A stretch of DNA of 64,000 nt from Mustelus asterias (lineage: Eukaryota), in the NCBI RefSeq assembly GCF_964213995.1, contig NW_027590242.1, forward strand, positions 62,001 to 126,000. Reading direction: 5' to 3'. Below are positions 24,040-39,002 of the stretch, in pieces (position 1 is the first letter of the stretch; every line of letters begins with the position of its first letter). The notes under the pieces are model-generated. The model searched no databases, had not been told where the DNA came from, and saw only the letters and a program-made list of their open reading frames with translations. The translations under genes were made by a program, and so were the position numbers.

Positions 24040-24530
24040 TCATTCAGAGAGAGAACAGCAGCCGCTTTGTGCAGTTTCCGCATTCAGACAAGGGGGGCTC
24101 TGGTTGGCTGCAGGAGAAAGGTATTTCCGGTCCTCCCACTCTTCCCATTGGTCAATACCTCAGCGTGCTGGTGGGAAGGGGCGGGCAACCCTCCGCACAT
24201 GCGCAGCTTCCCCTCTCCCTTGGACATGCGCAGTCCCGGGCCGGCGGGGGGGGGGGGAGATCACCGAGCGGCATTTCGCTCTGGCCGGAGCCGCCAGCCG
24301 GTTGCCTGGAAACCTTGGCTCGAGGAGGTGCAGGGGTACGGGAACAATGGGTGGGGGCGGGGCTCCCGCGTCCGCTCGCCGAGCCTGCGCACTGGAACCC
24401 CAGGACGTAATCGCGGAGCAGGCCGATGCCTATTGGCTGATTCAGGGGGCTCCGTTGTGACGTCACCGTGCGGAAGTTGTCCAATGAGCTTCGGAGTGAA
24501 ACTTCCTCCTCTGCAACATCTGGGAGGAAA
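24040..24530. promoter_or_regulatory. CpG-rich bidirectional promoter of ZNF pair 2
   Basis: GCACATGCGCA and ACATGCGCA (NRF1-like), ATTGG boxes, perfect CRE TGACGTCA at 24458, GCGGAAGT. Lies between the minus gene starting at 20417 and the plus gene starting at 26770. Confidence 0.7.
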
Positions 24531-25011
24531 TCAATGTTTCTCCCTTTCCATTTCTTTTCTCATTCTGGGGGAAATTGGGGACTTGCAGCAACTGAAGGGT
24601 AAGGAAGTGAATCCAGTCTGTACATTCCACACATTGTTAGTCCAGTCAGATAAACATATATCCGTCTGGCCGCCTGCATGGAGATTTTCAGTACTCTGTG
24701 TCCAGGACAGGCGATTACCTTCTTTTTGAGGTCTGCCCTTTTGATCTATCCCTCATTTAATTTAATTTGGTTTACTTGTTTTGCCAAAAAGATTAACAGA
24801 ATAGTTAGTGATTTATTTCACGTTTAATTGTTTTGCCAAAAAGAATAACAGAATGTTTATTTGTCCCTCAGTTGATTTGATTTAGTTTAATTGTCTAACC
24901 GTAAAGATTGCCAGGAAGTAGTGAGCATGGATCTGTCAATCAGCCTGAATCAGCACCTTCAGGAGAATTGGGAGGATGAATATTAGATACAGCAGAGTGA
25001 GAATGAAGGGA

Positions 25012-26085
25012 TTAGCCTGGTGAATTTCCTTTTGGACTATGTCCAATATCACTATATCCTTGTTTAGGGAAGGGGATCAAAACTCTATGCACTATTCCAG
25101 GTGAGGCATCACCAACACACTGTACAGTTGCAACAAAACCTCCCTGTTTTTAAACTCCAACCCCTTTGCAATAAAAGCCAAAATGCCATTTTCCTTCTTA
25201 CCTTGTGTGAACCTGCCTGCTAGCTTTTTGTGATTCATGCACAAGAACACCAAGATCCCTATGTACTTCACTCACCGGCAGCCTCTCTCCATTCAGGTAA
25301 TCTCCCTGTTGATTCCTCCTACTGAAATACATGACCTCACACTTCCCCACTTTAAACTCCATTTGCCAGGTTTTGAAGACTTTATTGCATCTTCCCCAAC
25401 GCTCGACTCATCTTTCCCAGGCCCTATCCCTGGAGCCCTACATTTTTACCCCACTAATCCACCTAATCTACATCTATTGGGACACAAAGGGGCAATTTAG
25501 CATGGCCAATCAATCTAACCCACACATCTTTGGACTGTGGGAAGAACCTGGAGAACTCAGAAATCCACACAGACATGGAGAGAATGCGCATACTCCACAC
25601 AGATTGTCACCCAAGGCCGGGATTGAACCCAGGTACCTGGCACTGTGAGGCAGCAGTGTTAACCACTGTGCTGCCATGGCGCCATATCTAAATAAACTAC
25701 AGATTTCTCTCGATCTACCTTCCTTCTTATATCCTCAAACAATTCAAGCAAATTTGTCAAACATGATTTATCTTTCATAGAACCATGTTGACGAGGTTTG
25801 ATTATATTCAGCTTTCCTAAATGATTAGCTATTTGCTCTTTGATTATTGACTCCAGCGTCTTGCCAATAATAGATATTAAATTAACTGGCCTATAGTTCC
25901 CTGCCTTCTGCCTTTCTCCCTTTTTGACCAAGGGAGTCACATTGGCTGATTGCCAATCTTCTGATACTCTCCCGGAATCTAGCGAGTTACGAAAAAATTC
26001 AACAAAATTCTCCACAATCTCTTCAGCAACCTCCATTAAAAAGCTAGCGTGCAGTTCATTGGGTCCTGGTGACTTGTCCACCCTT
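25012..26085 (-). mobile_element. Degenerate CR1-type LINE fragment interrupted by an HE1 SINE (-, ~25420-25683)
   Basis: ORF 25659-26081 DKSPGP...GNYRPVNL...SCLTNLLELFE. The SINE head reverse complement is at 25600-25683. Confidence 0.8.
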
Positions 26086-26769
26086 CGCCACTGAAGGGAA
26101 AGGAAGTGAGCCCAGTCTGTATATTTCAGACATTTTTGGTCCAGTCATATAGACATATATCTGTCTGGCAGCCTGCATGGAGATTTCCAGCTCTCTGTGT
26201 CCAGGGCAGGAAGCAGTGAGCATGGATCTGTCAATCAGCCTCAATCAGCACCTTCAGGAGAATTGGGAGGGTGAATATTAGATACAGCAGAGTGAGAATG
26301 GAGGGAGAGTGTGTGGGATGGAGATTCACAGCTTTTGGGGAATGAGAGAGAAAGAATGTTCCACAGAAACTAGAATTGTCTGTTCTGACATTGATGACTT
26401 TTGCAAACTCATTTTGCAGGATATTGAAAGCGGAATCACAGGCAACAATCTCAACCGTCACGTCTAGATCTGACAGAGTCAAGTTCCTTGGGATCTGAAT
26501 ATCATTGGCCTTTGAATCTAGAAGGAGAAATTATTGTCCAATCTGTCGATTTGAATAGTTTTCAAATGTATGTGTGACTGGAAAAGCACCAACACACTGC
26601 CACACTCAAGTGAGAGTGTTCCAGTGCACTGACGAAAGGGTTTAAATAGTTACACCGCCTGAATAAATATCACATCATTCACAGCAGGGAGAGACTGCAC
26701 TCGTGTTCAGTGTGTGGACAAGGCTTTAACTGATTGTCCAAACAAGACAGAGGCAAGGACACCTGCACC

Positions 26770-27349
26770 ATGGAGAAACCATGGAAATGTGGGGACTGTG
26801 GGAAGAGATACAGAGCCCCATCTCTGCTGGATGCTCATCGGCGCAGCCACACTGGGGAGAGGCCATTCATCTGCTCTCAGTGTGGGAAGGGATTCACTCT
26901 GTCAATCCAGCCTGCAAAGACACCAGCGAGTTCACACTGGGGAGAGGCCGTTCACCTGCTCTCAGTGTGGGAAGGGATTCACTCGGTTATCTACTCTGCA
27001 GACACACCAGCGCATTCACACGGGGGAGAGGCCATTCATCTGCTCTCAGTGTGGGAAGTCATCCAACCTACAGAGACACCAGCGAGTTCACACTGGGGAG
27101 AGGCCATTCACCTGCTCTCAGTGTGGGAAGCGATTCACTGAGTCATCCAACCTGCAGAGACACCAACGAGTTCACACTGGGGAGAAGCCATCCATCTGCT
27201 CTGTGTGTGGGGTGGGATTTACTGAGTCTTCCAACCTGCGGAGGCACCAGCGAGTTCACACTGGGGAGAGACCATTCACCTGCTCTCAGTGTGGGAAGGG
27301 ATTCAGAGTTTCATTCTTGCTGCTGAGACAGCAGCAAGTTCACGCGTGA
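26770..27349 (+). pseudogene. C2H2 zinc-finger pseudogene (~7 fingers, +1 frameshift at ~26903, deletion in finger 4)
   Basis: [20 protein letters not shown] in one frame continues as [17 protein letters not shown] in another. Finger 1 is nearly identical to that of the 5103 gene. Confidence 0.85.
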
Positions 27350-28809
27350 TTCCAGGGGTTGGATTCTGCTGTTATTGTTTCTGCTCTCAGTTCCATCCAG
27401 AATTGCATTTTGTTCATTCTCACAGTTGGTCAATGGGGAGGGTCGGAGGGTTTCCTTCTGCTGGACTGGCCGGTCTCATGACTTTGCCTCCAGTGGGCTG
27501 ATGCTCTTTGAGTCTTGTTGCGAATATCTGGTTCCAAATTTCACACGGATCACAGAGTGACAGGGTGTGAGGAAGTTCAGAGATATTTAGTCAGCATTTC
27601 TGTTTGAAACCCCCCCCAAATGCCCATCCAATTTCCTTTGTAATTGTTTATTGTCTCCACTTCCTCCACCCTCGTAGGCAGCGAGTTCCAGATCATTACC
27701 ATTCACTGCATCAAAATATTCTTCCTCACATTCCCCCCCCCCCCCCCCTTTCTGCATCTCTGACCCAAAACCTTAAATCTGTGTCCCCCCTCGTCCTTGT
27801 CCCATCAGCTAATAGGAACAGCTTTTCTTTGTCCACCTTATCTAAACCTGTCAGAATCTTGTCCACCTCTATCAAATCTCCCCTGAATCTCCTTTGCTCC
27901 AAGGGGAACAACCCCAGCCTGACATTGACAATAAAGAACAAACTAACAGAATATGTTACTGCCTGAAATCAAATGGGAATGTTTAATTTCTGTTTTAAAG
28001 ATATTGTGAATATATTGTCCTGGACAATAAAGGAATTGGAATAACTCACCTTGGGTGTGGTTGAATGGAATATATCAATCTGGTATCCACCTACAGTTCA
28101 GTTAAAGTCTGGATTTGTAGCTGGAAATCCCTCCCTAACAGCACTGTGGGTGTACTTACACCTCAGGCATTGCAGCAGTTCAGGAAGGCAGTGTTGGGGT
28201 TGACCATGGCCGAGGCAGCTACATACAGCCACATATTCTGTTATAATTGAAGGACTGCAGATTGAATGTGAGGCATTATGGGACTGGACTATCTTGACCA
28301 CATTCCTGTGACTGCTCAGTTTCTGCAATCACGGACCATTAAAGCTGCTCAGCAGGGCCCCTCTTATCAGCACGCAGGCAGCTGCACTGAGTAACCGACT
28401 GCTAACGGAATAGGCTGGGATGTGGTGGAGATCAGAAAGTCCTGAGTATAGTGAGTCATTGTGATGTCACAAGGTCAGTTGTTATAAGGTGTCTGGTCCA
28501 CATGATGAGATGGTCCAGAGCTGTCCATGAGCTGATCACACAGCCACATGATGCCTAATAGTTAGCTTGATTGGATATGTCTCTAATCGATTCATATTGT
28601 GATTAGTTTGGAACCAGCCGGAATAGGCTGCAGTAAATGGATAAGAATGTGTGATTTTCTATGTTCAGGGTAGAGGTTGCAAGGTGAGACCAGCGACTTG
28701 ATCCCCGCCTGCTGTAAAATAAAGACCATTTGATGATTGGAACAGACCAGTGTGTCGAGCAATTTGTCTTCAATCATTCTTCACTAACGCGGCCAAGTTT
28801 TATACCGTA

Positions 28810-29165
28810 AGATATATGAGCAGAATTAGGCCATTTGGCCCATCAGGTCTGCTCCACCATTCAATCATGGCTGATAAGTATCTGAACCCCATTCTCCCAT
28901 CTTTTCCCTGTAACCTTTGATCCCCTTACCAATCAAGAACCTCTCTATCTCTGTCTTAAATCCACTCGATGACCTGGCCTCCACAGCCATCAATGGCAAT
29001 GAATTCCATCGATTCACCACCCTCTGGCTGAAGAAATTCCTCCTCATTTTGGTCCTAAAGGGTTGTCTCTTTATTCTGAGGCTGTGCCCTCAGATCCCAG
29101 TCTTTCTTACCAATGGAAACATCTTCCCCATGTCCGCTCTGTCCAGGTCTTGCAGTATTCTGTGA
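28810..29165 (-). mobile_element. CR1-type LINE 3' fragment
   Basis: RRNFFSQRVVNRWNSLP and 3' UTR. Confidence 0.8.
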
Positions 29166-29599
29166 GTATTCATATTGTTGGTTCATTGTTTTTCAGGGGC
29201 GGGTAATGAATGTGTTCAATATATACTGACATATATTTTCTTTTAATCTATTCTGGGAGAATGTTTAAAAACTTCTGGTTTATTCTACAAGCAGTGCTAT
29301 TTCACGGAAGAATGCATCTCAGGGGACCACCAGCAGGATAATTACCCATTTCAGCAATGCAGTTGTTCATCTAAATGGACGTTTGTCTGTTGAAAGGAGG
29401 TGCCCTGGGGTTTTGCTAAAAGGATTGGAATGTGGGTTCAGGAATGCTGGGTCTTGTGATGATGGGGTTAATGGGAGGAGCGAGGCGAGGTTTGGAGTTT
29501 AGCTGGAGTTCTGGTTGAAGACCCGAGCTTCTGGAAGCTGTTCTGAAACTCCCTTTCTCTCTGAAAGCTCCTAGATTTTCGGCATGTATTATAGCCAGT

Positions 29600-30690
29600 A
29601 TATTGGTAGCAGAGTGGATAGTGAAGAAGGTTATCTAGGATTGCAATGGGATCTTGATCAAATGGGCCAGTGGGCTGATGAATGGCAGATGGAGTTTAAT
29701 TTAGATAAATGTGAGGTGATCAAACCAGGGCAGGGTTTACTCAGTTAACGGTAGGGCAATGAGGAGAGTTATAGAACAAAGAGATCTAGAAGTACAGGTT
29801 CATAGCTCCTTGAAAGTGGAGTCACAGGTGGACAGGGTGGTGAAGAAGGTATTTGGCATGCTTGGTTTCATTGGTCAGAACATTGAATACAGGAGCTGGG
29901 ACGTCTTGTTGAAGTTGTACAAGACATTGGTAAGGCCACACTTGGAATACTGTGTACAGTTCTGGTCACCCTATTATAGAAAGGATATTATTAAACTAGA
30001 AAGAATGCAGAAAAGATTTACTAGGATGCTACCGGGACTTGATGATTTGAGTTATAAGGAGAGGTTGGATAGACTGGGTCTTTTTTCTCTGGAACGTAGG
30101 AGGCTTAGGGGTGAACTTATAGAAGTCTATAAAATAATGAGGGGCATAGATCAGCTAGATAATCGATATCTTTTTCCAAAGGTAAGGGAGTCTAAATCTG
30201 GAGGGCATAGGTTTAAGGTGGGAGGGAAGAGATACAAAAGGGTCCAGAGAGGCAATTTTTTCACACAGAACATAAGAACATAAGAAATAGGAGCAGGAGT
30301 AAGCCATCTGGCCCTTCGAGCCTGCCCCGCCATTCAACAAGATCATGGCTGATCTGAAGCGAATCAGTTCCACTTACCCGCCTGCTCCCCATATCCCCTA
30401 ATTCCCTTATCGATCAGAAAACTATCTACCCGTGATTTAAACATATTCTGTTACAGAGCACCTGAATAAGGTGATGAGTGTCTGGAACAAGCTGCCAGAG
30501 GTAGTAGTGGAGGCAGGCATAATTTTGTCTTTTACAAAACCTTTAGACAGTTACATGTGTAAGGTGGGTATAGAGGGATATGGGCCAAACGTGGGAAATT
30601 AGGACTAGCTTAGTGGTTAAAAAAATAAGGGCGCCATGGACAGGTTGAGCCGAAGACATTGTTTCCATGCTGTAAACCTCGATGACTCTC
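29600..30690 (+). mobile_element. CR1-type LINE 3' fragment, interrupted at 30269-30448 by a minus-strand LINE tail
   Basis: ORF 29759-30283 (RPHLEYCVQFWSP). The insert is nearly identical to 62655-62840. Confidence 0.85.
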
Positions 30691-32074
30691 TGATCTGTGC
30701 TTGTTAACTGTATTTAAAGTGGGATTTGAACCTCTGAACGGATGTTGCTAAGTTAGAAATTAAATTGTTTCCTTTCATTTTAAGTATTCTTCAGCTGTTA
30801 ATTGTTTACGTTGTTAGTGTTGTATTCAAACAGTTGTGAATAAAGTTTATTTTGATATTAAAAAATCCCTATTTTCTCATCACTCCTGGAGCAAAGTCTC
30901 CTCTCCTCACATTTTTCCCAAAAAGAAAAAATGTTGGGGTCTCGTCTGGCTTCCTAATATAACTTGGAGTTCCGGCCTGGTATCCGAACAATGGTTACAG
31001 AGTGACCAAGGCTGGGAACTAAATATTGCAGAATATTTGACACTTTGAAAAGATAGGAAGCTTGGAAAAGGAGGTGGGGTAGCTCTGTTAATGAAGGATG
31101 ACATTAGTACAGTAGTGAGAGATGTCCTTAGCCTGAAAGAGCAACACAAAGAATCAGACTGGGTTGAGATGAGAAATAGCACAGGAAAGAGGTGGGAGTG
31201 GTCCCTCAGCCTCCTCACAGTAGTTACCAGTCAGACAGGGTGTACAGGACACTGATGCAGACTCCCTCAGAATACACGGCGTGCAATGGTTAACATGGCC
31301 TGAAGAGTAAGAAAACATTTTGAAATGATCAAGGCACTGACACAAACTCCATAGACAAATGGACTTTAAGACAATGAAGATGGACTGAAGCTTAAAGGAA
31401 TTTTGGACTGGGACAATTGAAGGCTCGGGAGAAATAATACTTCATAACATTTATCCACAAGGTGGATCCAGATGAATGGAGAGCTGGAGAATCTTTTATG
31501 TCCACACAATCTACTGCATTGATTAAATGTACTGACTATAACTCAGAGTGGATCCCTCTCTCCGGGAATCTTGTTTGTGGGGTGTAGGGAGAAAGGGAGG
31601 AATGTTGTCCGCCCACACCCTGTAGGGAGGGGGATGTAACACCACACTAAACTGTACGCTGGAAATTTCCAGTGCCCCCATGAACCCACACAGGTGGCAT
31701 CCCATGGAGAAGGGGAACACAGTGTGACCACCCAGGAGCCTCAATACCAGTACGGTAACACCCACTGCCCAACTCCAGGTTCTGCTTCCACCCACCAGAC
31801 CCCCCACCGACAATCAGACTTTTGGTAATAATCCACATCCGGCCTCCTCACAGGGAGCGGGTAGAGGGGGATTCCTAACCAGCTAATAAGATTTTCAGAC
31901 AGAATAGTAATAAAGAGTTAAATAAGACCATAAGATATAGGAGCAGAAATAGGCCGTTTGCCCCATCGAGTCTGCTCCACCATCCCTTCACTCTGAGATT
32001 GTGCCCTCGAGTTCTAGTCTCTCCCACTCTTGGAAACATCCTCTCCACGTCCACTCTATCCAAGCCCCTCAGAA

Positions 32075-32885
32075 TGATTCTTGAAACTAGTTGATAGCTA
32101 ACAGGGGAATAGACTACACCTACGTGTATGCAGTAAGAAGATTAAACAATTACAATTTGAAAACATATGCTGATATTTTTAAATGTATTTTGAAAATGTT
32201 CTAAGTATTGCTCACATCACCCAAAAGCAAAGATGCTGCAAAGTATGATGGTATCAGCTAAAAGTTCAGAGCCAAAGGCCTGGGATCCCTTTAGTTCGCA
32301 GAATTTATATCAGAAAGTTTCTTATGAGGGAACACACATTGAAACTTTATGAAAGAGATATTCATTGTCTGGACATAGAATAGATATGTACCTGGACGCA
32401 GGAACACGTGTCTATTCAGTTTGGCAATGAGCCGGTGGGCACATTCACTTTGACCTCTATGATGAGCGGTTATAGTTACTTAGCAATAGGGATGGGTTCA
32501 GCCAAGATGGGGGTTAGGACCTGGCATTGAATGGATAAATGAGATATCATTATGCTGACTGGCAGAATGTGGTTGGCTGGGGTACTTGATAGAGATTTAT
32601 ATTGATGTGTGTATACTAAATGTAATTGATTTTAAGCTAATATAAGGCAGGAATTATTGATAAGAAAATCTATAATTGATCTGTTTTTGATTGTACGTCA
32701 GAACCATCGGAGTGGTTTTTGCCGCTCTGGAGCTACTTAACCCTTTGATGGTCTCCGGGCAGCTGCTTGTTTGTTTGTTTGTCTTTTTAAAATAAATGTT
32801 ACATCTTTATACAGAGATACCTGCCTTGTGAGTTTTACATTGTTAAGTTAAAACATAATTGGCCATCTCAAATTACCCCGCGACA
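32075..32885 (+). mobile_element. Possible solo LTR
   Basis: TATA-like boxes at ~32640-32675, AATAAA at 32791 and a ...cgcgaca end. No internal domain. Confidence 0.25.
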
Positions 32886-33189
32886 GAGCGGGTGAGGATA
32901 ACCGATGATCCAAAGGGAAACTTACTGAGGTGCTGCTTCCCAACAAGAAGTGGATCCTGAAACTGTTGGAACATCGACTGGAGTTGAGGAAAGAAACCTG
33001 CGCTGCAATGAATGTGATAATCCTGACAGCCTTAGGGTGGAGTCAATCTTTATTTGGTGCAGATTTATTCACGGAGTGAAACATTACAGGTGTATACCTC
33101 CTAACTCCAGGCACCGTCACTAACTGTCCCTTTATAGATCCAATCAATAACCTCCACATGTAGTTCACCTTAATCGATACAATTAACAC

Positions 33190-33930
<741 letters not shown>

Positions 33931-34892
33931 TTGGTTCCCTGGATTGAGTTCTCCAACCTTCACCTTTAAGGGAATATACCCTGACATTGCCTGCAATAGA
34001 TTTTCCTTAAAGGTGGCCCATTGTTCAGCCAGCGGCTTTTCTGCCAACATTTGATTCCAACTCACTCGACTCAGATCCATTCTCATCCTATCGAAGGTGA
34101 GGCTTTCCCTCGATTAATGATCCCCGTTCTGGATCGTTCCTTGTCCTTTTCCATGGCCAACCTGAACCTTATGATACAATGGTCACTCTCCCCTCAATGC
34201 TCTCCCACTGATATTTGATCCACTTGGGCCAACTCATTCCCCAGAACCAGGTCCAGCAGTGCCTGCCCTCTCATTGGAGCAGAAACACACTGCTGCAGAC
34301 AATTATCTTCAACACCTTCCAGGGACTCATGTCCCTCTTGTCCCTTTGCACCATTTGGTTTTGTAATTGGTCCGTTCAAATGTTAGCCGGGCAATGATTG
34401 GGTTAAATCAGTCTCCATCGTCTTTGTGATGTAAAAAAGTATAAGAAGGGATTCCCCGAGCACAGAGGTTTGTCGAGGTTTTACATATTGCATTGACTGG
34501 TGCCATGGCATCTGGGGCAGAGCAGGGAGTATTTCCGTGGAGATGCTGCTTCTACCCAGAGTGTAATGGTAATGCTGCTGCACTTTGATACGACTGCTCA
34601 GTCATTAGACAGTGTCAGCTCTTATTGATACTGAATAAAATCTAACCACTGTCACCAATAAGGGTTATCACTGGCAATCATTTCAGAGTTTGGGAAAAGG
34701 GGAGAAAGGGCTAATTGACTCCCTGAACCCCATTTTCTAACATCGCTGTGTCAAAAATAAAATCTCATCTCCCCCTCTGGCTCTTTTGCCAATTACCTTA
34801 GAGGGACTCACTTTCTGTTAAAGAGCCTGCCAATGAGCCCAGTCCCGGATGTGATTAACAGCAGCAATAACAGCAGAATTCAACTCCTGTGA

Positions 34893-35651
34893 TCACTTGT
34901 GAACTCGCTGGTGTGTCTGCAGGTGGGATGACTGAGTGAACCCGTTCGCACACACGGTGCAGGTGAATGGCCTCTCCCTAGTGTGAACTCGCTGGTGTCT
35001 CTGCAGATTGGTTAACTGAGTGAATCCCTTGCCACAGGCAGAGCAAGTGAATTGTTTCTCCCCAGTGTGAACTCGCTGGTGTACCCGCAGATAGGATGAC
35101 ATTCTAAATCTCTTTGAGCAGTGAGAGCAACTGAACGGTCTCTCCTCAGTGTGAATGCGCTGGTGGGACATCAGAACTTGAGAGCTTTTGAAGTCGCTCC
35201 CACATTCAGAGCATTTATAGGGTCTCTCATTGGAGTGAGTGACTTTGTGTCTGCGCATGCTGGATAACCAAGTGAATCCTTTCCCACACACAGGACAGTT
35301 GAATGGCCTCTCCCCGGAATGTACTCGCTGGTGTATCCGCAGGCTGGATAAGTCAGTGAATCCCTTCCCACACACAGGACAGGTAAATGGTCTCTCCGCA
35401 GTGTGAATTTGCTGGTGTGTCTGCAGATGACATAACTGAGTAAATCCAGTACCACAATCAGAACATGTGAATGGTCTCTTCCCTGTGTGAATTCGTTGGT
35501 GTGTTTGCAGGTTGGATGAATCATAGAATCCCTTCCCACACACAGAGCAGGTGAACGGCCGCTCCCCAGTGTGACTGCGTCGATGAATTTCCAGCTCAGA
35601 TGGGAACCTGAATCCCTTCCCACAGTCCCCACATTTCCACGGTTTCTCCAT
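34893..35651 (-). CDS. Tandem C2H2 zinc-finger protein, 9 intact fingers
   Basis: ACCATGG start [14 protein letters not shown]...HQRVHK*. Acceptor at ~36012, 5' module at 36124-36250, promoter at 36480-36760. Confidence 0.9.
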   Translation of the reverse strand: MEKPWKCGDCGKGFRFPSELEIHRRSHTGERPFTCSVCGKGFYDSSNLQTHQRIHTGKRPFTCSDCGTGFTQLCHLQTHQQIHTAERPFTCPVCGKGFTDLSSLRIHQRVHSGERPFNCPVCGKGFTWLSSMRRHKVTHSNERPYKCSECGSDFKSSQVLMSHQRIHTEERPFSCSHCSKRFRMSSYLRVHQRVHTGEKQFTCSACGKGFTQLTNLQRHQRVHTRERPFTCTVCANGFTQSSHLQTHQRVHK

Positions 35652-36479
35652 GGTGCAGGTGTCCTTGTGACGCTCCAGGTTAAACAATCAGTCAAATCTC
35701 ACACAGAACACAGGTACAGTCTCTCCCGCTGTGAATGCTGCAATGTATTTTCAGACTGTGTCACTGGTTAAAGCTCTTTCCACAGTCAGTGCACTGGAAC
35801 ACTCTCACTCGGGTGTGTGCGTGAGACTTGGTAAATTCTCAGTCACGCTGATGTTTAAAATCTCCAGAAGCAAAAAGAACAGAGAAATATTTCTCCTTCT
35901 AGGTACAAAGGCTGATGATGTTCAGGACATGATGAATTGAATGACTCTGTCAGATATTGATGTGACATTTGCTTTGAGATTACTGTCTGTAAATCCTCAC
36001 CTTCTGATATTCTGTAAAAGGAATTTATTAAATTCATCACTGTCAGTACAGGTTAGAAATTCAGAACAGACAGTTCTAGTTTCTATGGAACATTCTTTCC
36101 TTCCTCATTCTCCAAAAGCTGTAAATCTCCATCCCACACACTCTTCCTCCATTCTCACTCCGCTGTATCTAATATTCACCCTCCCAATTCTCCTGAAGGT
36201 GCTGATTGAGGCTGATTGACAGATCCACGCTCACTGCTTCCTGTCCTGGACACAGAGGGCTGGAAATCTCCATGCAGGCGGCCAGACAGATATATGTCTA
36301 CATTACTGGAGTAAAAATGTGTGGAATGTACAGACTGGATTCACTTCATTCCCTCCAGTTGCTGCAAGTCCCCAATTTTCCCCAGAATGAGAAAATAAAT
36401 TGAAAGGGGGAGAAAAGAAAGTGTTTTACTCACAGATATTAGGGAGAGCAGGAAGATTTTGTCTGACTGCATCTCCATG

Positions 36480-36760
36480 TTCATTCACAAAACGCCCGCA
36501 CTCTGATTGGCTGGAGGACCAGAATCCTTCCGGTCCTCCAACGCTTTCCATTGGTCAACACTTCAGCATGAACGTTGTTTGGGGGGGGGGGGGCGGTGAG
36601 CACTCTTTGCACATGCGCAGCTTCCCCTCTCCTCTGGACATGCGCAGCCCAATGTGGCCCGCCCGCGTGGTGGATAGAGCGGTTTCTCCATCGTGGGCGA
36701 TTGTGGGAGCTGCGGCCGCCATTACTCATCCGGAGCCCAGTCTCTAAACTCCTGGGACTG
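36480..36760 (-). promoter_or_regulatory. ZNF promoter (paralogue of the pair-1 and pair-2 promoter arm)
   Basis: gattggctggaggaccagaatccttccggtcctcc, two ACATGCGCA motifs, CpG rich. Confidence 0.65.
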
Positions 36761-37019
36761 TGATGGAAAGTGGGAGTGGGGAACGCAGTGACCCCACCCT
36801 GACACAAAGTACATGTGGGGAGTCACTGGATTGGATTGGGATGTCCCCTTTACAAAACAGTTTGTTAACTTCAGGTGGAAAGATTTAGACACTTGGGTGA
36901 CATTGGGGAAGGCAGCAGGTGACTGTGAAACTGATCCCGAGAGTCAGCACCTTCAGGGGAGGAGAACTGGGGAAAAAGAAGGTGGAGGATAGTGTTACAA
37001 TCAATCGTATCAATAGGCC

Positions 37020-37750
37020 TGCATGAGTTTCCTCCACGTGCTCCAGTTTCCTCCCACAGTCTGAAAGACATGCTGATTAGGTGCATTGACCCGAACAGGC
37101 GCCGGATGGTGGCAATTAGGGGAATTTCACAGTAACTTCATTGCAGTGTTAATGTAAGCCTTACTTGTGACTTATAAATAAACTTTACTTTAGGAAGGAG
37201 GAAGTCTGTGGGGACAGAGATTTATAGTTTGAGATGAAGAAGGATTTTGTGTGACATGTATTTACCCCATTAATTCCCCCAACCCATACACTAAGAGGCA
37301 ATTTGCCATGGCCAATCCACCTAACCTGCACATCTTGGGAGTGTGGGATGAAATTGGAGCACTCTGAGCAAACTCATGCAGACACAGGGAGAACGTGCAA
37401 ACTCCACACAGAGAGCTGTGGCACAGTGGTTAGCACTGCTACCTCAGAGTGCCAGGGATCCGGTTCAATTCCAGTCTTGGGTGACTGTGTGGAGTTTGCA
37501 CGTTCTCTCGGTAGCTGCATGGGTTTCCTCTGGGTGCTCAGGTTTCCTCCCACAGTCCGAAAGACATGCTGCTTAGCTGCATTGGCCGTGCTAAATTCTC
37601 CTTCAGTGCACCTGAACAGGCGCAAAGCGTGACGACGAGGGGATTTTCACAGTAACTTCATTGCAGTGTTAATGTAAGCTTCCTTGTAACACCTGAGGCC
37701 AGAATTGAACTCAGGTCCCTGGCACTGCTGATCACTGTGCCACTTTGCTG
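37020..37750. mobile_element. Nested SINE cluster: V-SINE fragments (+, 37020-37190 and 37415-37685) and a split HE1 (-)
   Basis: Head and core motifs in both orientations. Confidence 0.7.
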
Positions 37751-39002
37751 CCTGTGTTTTGAGAAATCATATTAAAATCTGGAACTCAGATGGGGATATG
37801 GATTGGTGTTAATTGGGAAGGTCTGGATCAATGCATTACTCCAGAGAACCTTGGAATCAGATTTACAGAATGGATCCCTGTAATAGCAGCAATTCCATTG
37901 CTATATGTTGGTCAGACTGAGGAAAGTATTTAAACTGGACACCATAGGTGTGTTAAAGGATAACGTACTCATGGAATTTATGAACTATCTGAAATAATAT
38001 TGAGAGCAAAGAAATCAATCTGGAAAATTGTAGTCACTTCACGTTGTTCCAGGAGAAGTGGGATTAGGTTGTGTAGATGTCTGGTTTTACACAGCACACA
38101 GTCAGCCTGTGGTTTCACCCTGGATGAAGAATCTCTGAATTGTACCATTCAAATCACTCAATGGGTTTATCAGGGGCCAGAATGTCTGCTCAGCAAGAGG
38201 AAGGTTGGTGTGAAACCAATGAGAAGTAACACAGACACTCACAGACACCCTCACACACATACAGACTCTCAGATGCCTCAAAATATCTCCTGTCACCTTA
38301 TTGTTCTTAGTTTTTTTGAAATAAATCCTGAATGAGTTATAAAATCACACACAGATATTTGTTGAGCTTCCCCTGAAAGACATCGATACTGTTCATTTCA
38401 CTCCCTGTGGTCATGATTTCCATATTCTCACCACTCTTTGGGTGGAGAAATTTATCTTGGATTTCCGATTGGGTTTCTTGGCGACTGTCTTGTATTGATG
38501 GTCTCCAGTTTTGCCTTTCTCCAAAAGAAGAAACATTATTTCAAAACCTTTTATAATTTTGAAGCCCTCTATTAGGTTACTCCTCAGCCTTAATTTTTCA
38601 AGAAAGCGTGAGCGTGTCAATCCTTTCCTGATGGATAACCAAACACACAGTTTAAAAATCATTTATGGGATGTGGACATCGCGAGCTTGGCCAGCATTTA
38701 TTGCTAACCTCAGATTGACCTTGAGAAGGTGGTGGTGAGCTGCTTTCTACATTTCTGGTATCATCATTAAAAATCATCTCTGTACCCTTCTCCAGTGCCG
38801 AGATATCTTTTTTATAATACGGTGACCAGGATGGCATGCAGTGGTCGGTAAGATTCTTGATCAGGGAGTCACAGGTTATCCAAAAGTGGTTTGAGCTTAT
38901 CCATGGTTTTAAATCAGAATAGAACATAGAACATAGAACAGTACAGCACAGAACAGGCCCTTCAGCCCACGATGTTGTGCCGAGCTTTATCTGAAACCAA
39001 GA

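Noticed and set aside
23947-24729. 260-aa ORF and other ORFs over CpG-rich promoters (9391-9865, 48787-49961, 63300-63851)
   Set aside because: GC-rich, stop-poor sequence with no domain signature, and the frames are not conserved among paralogous promoters.
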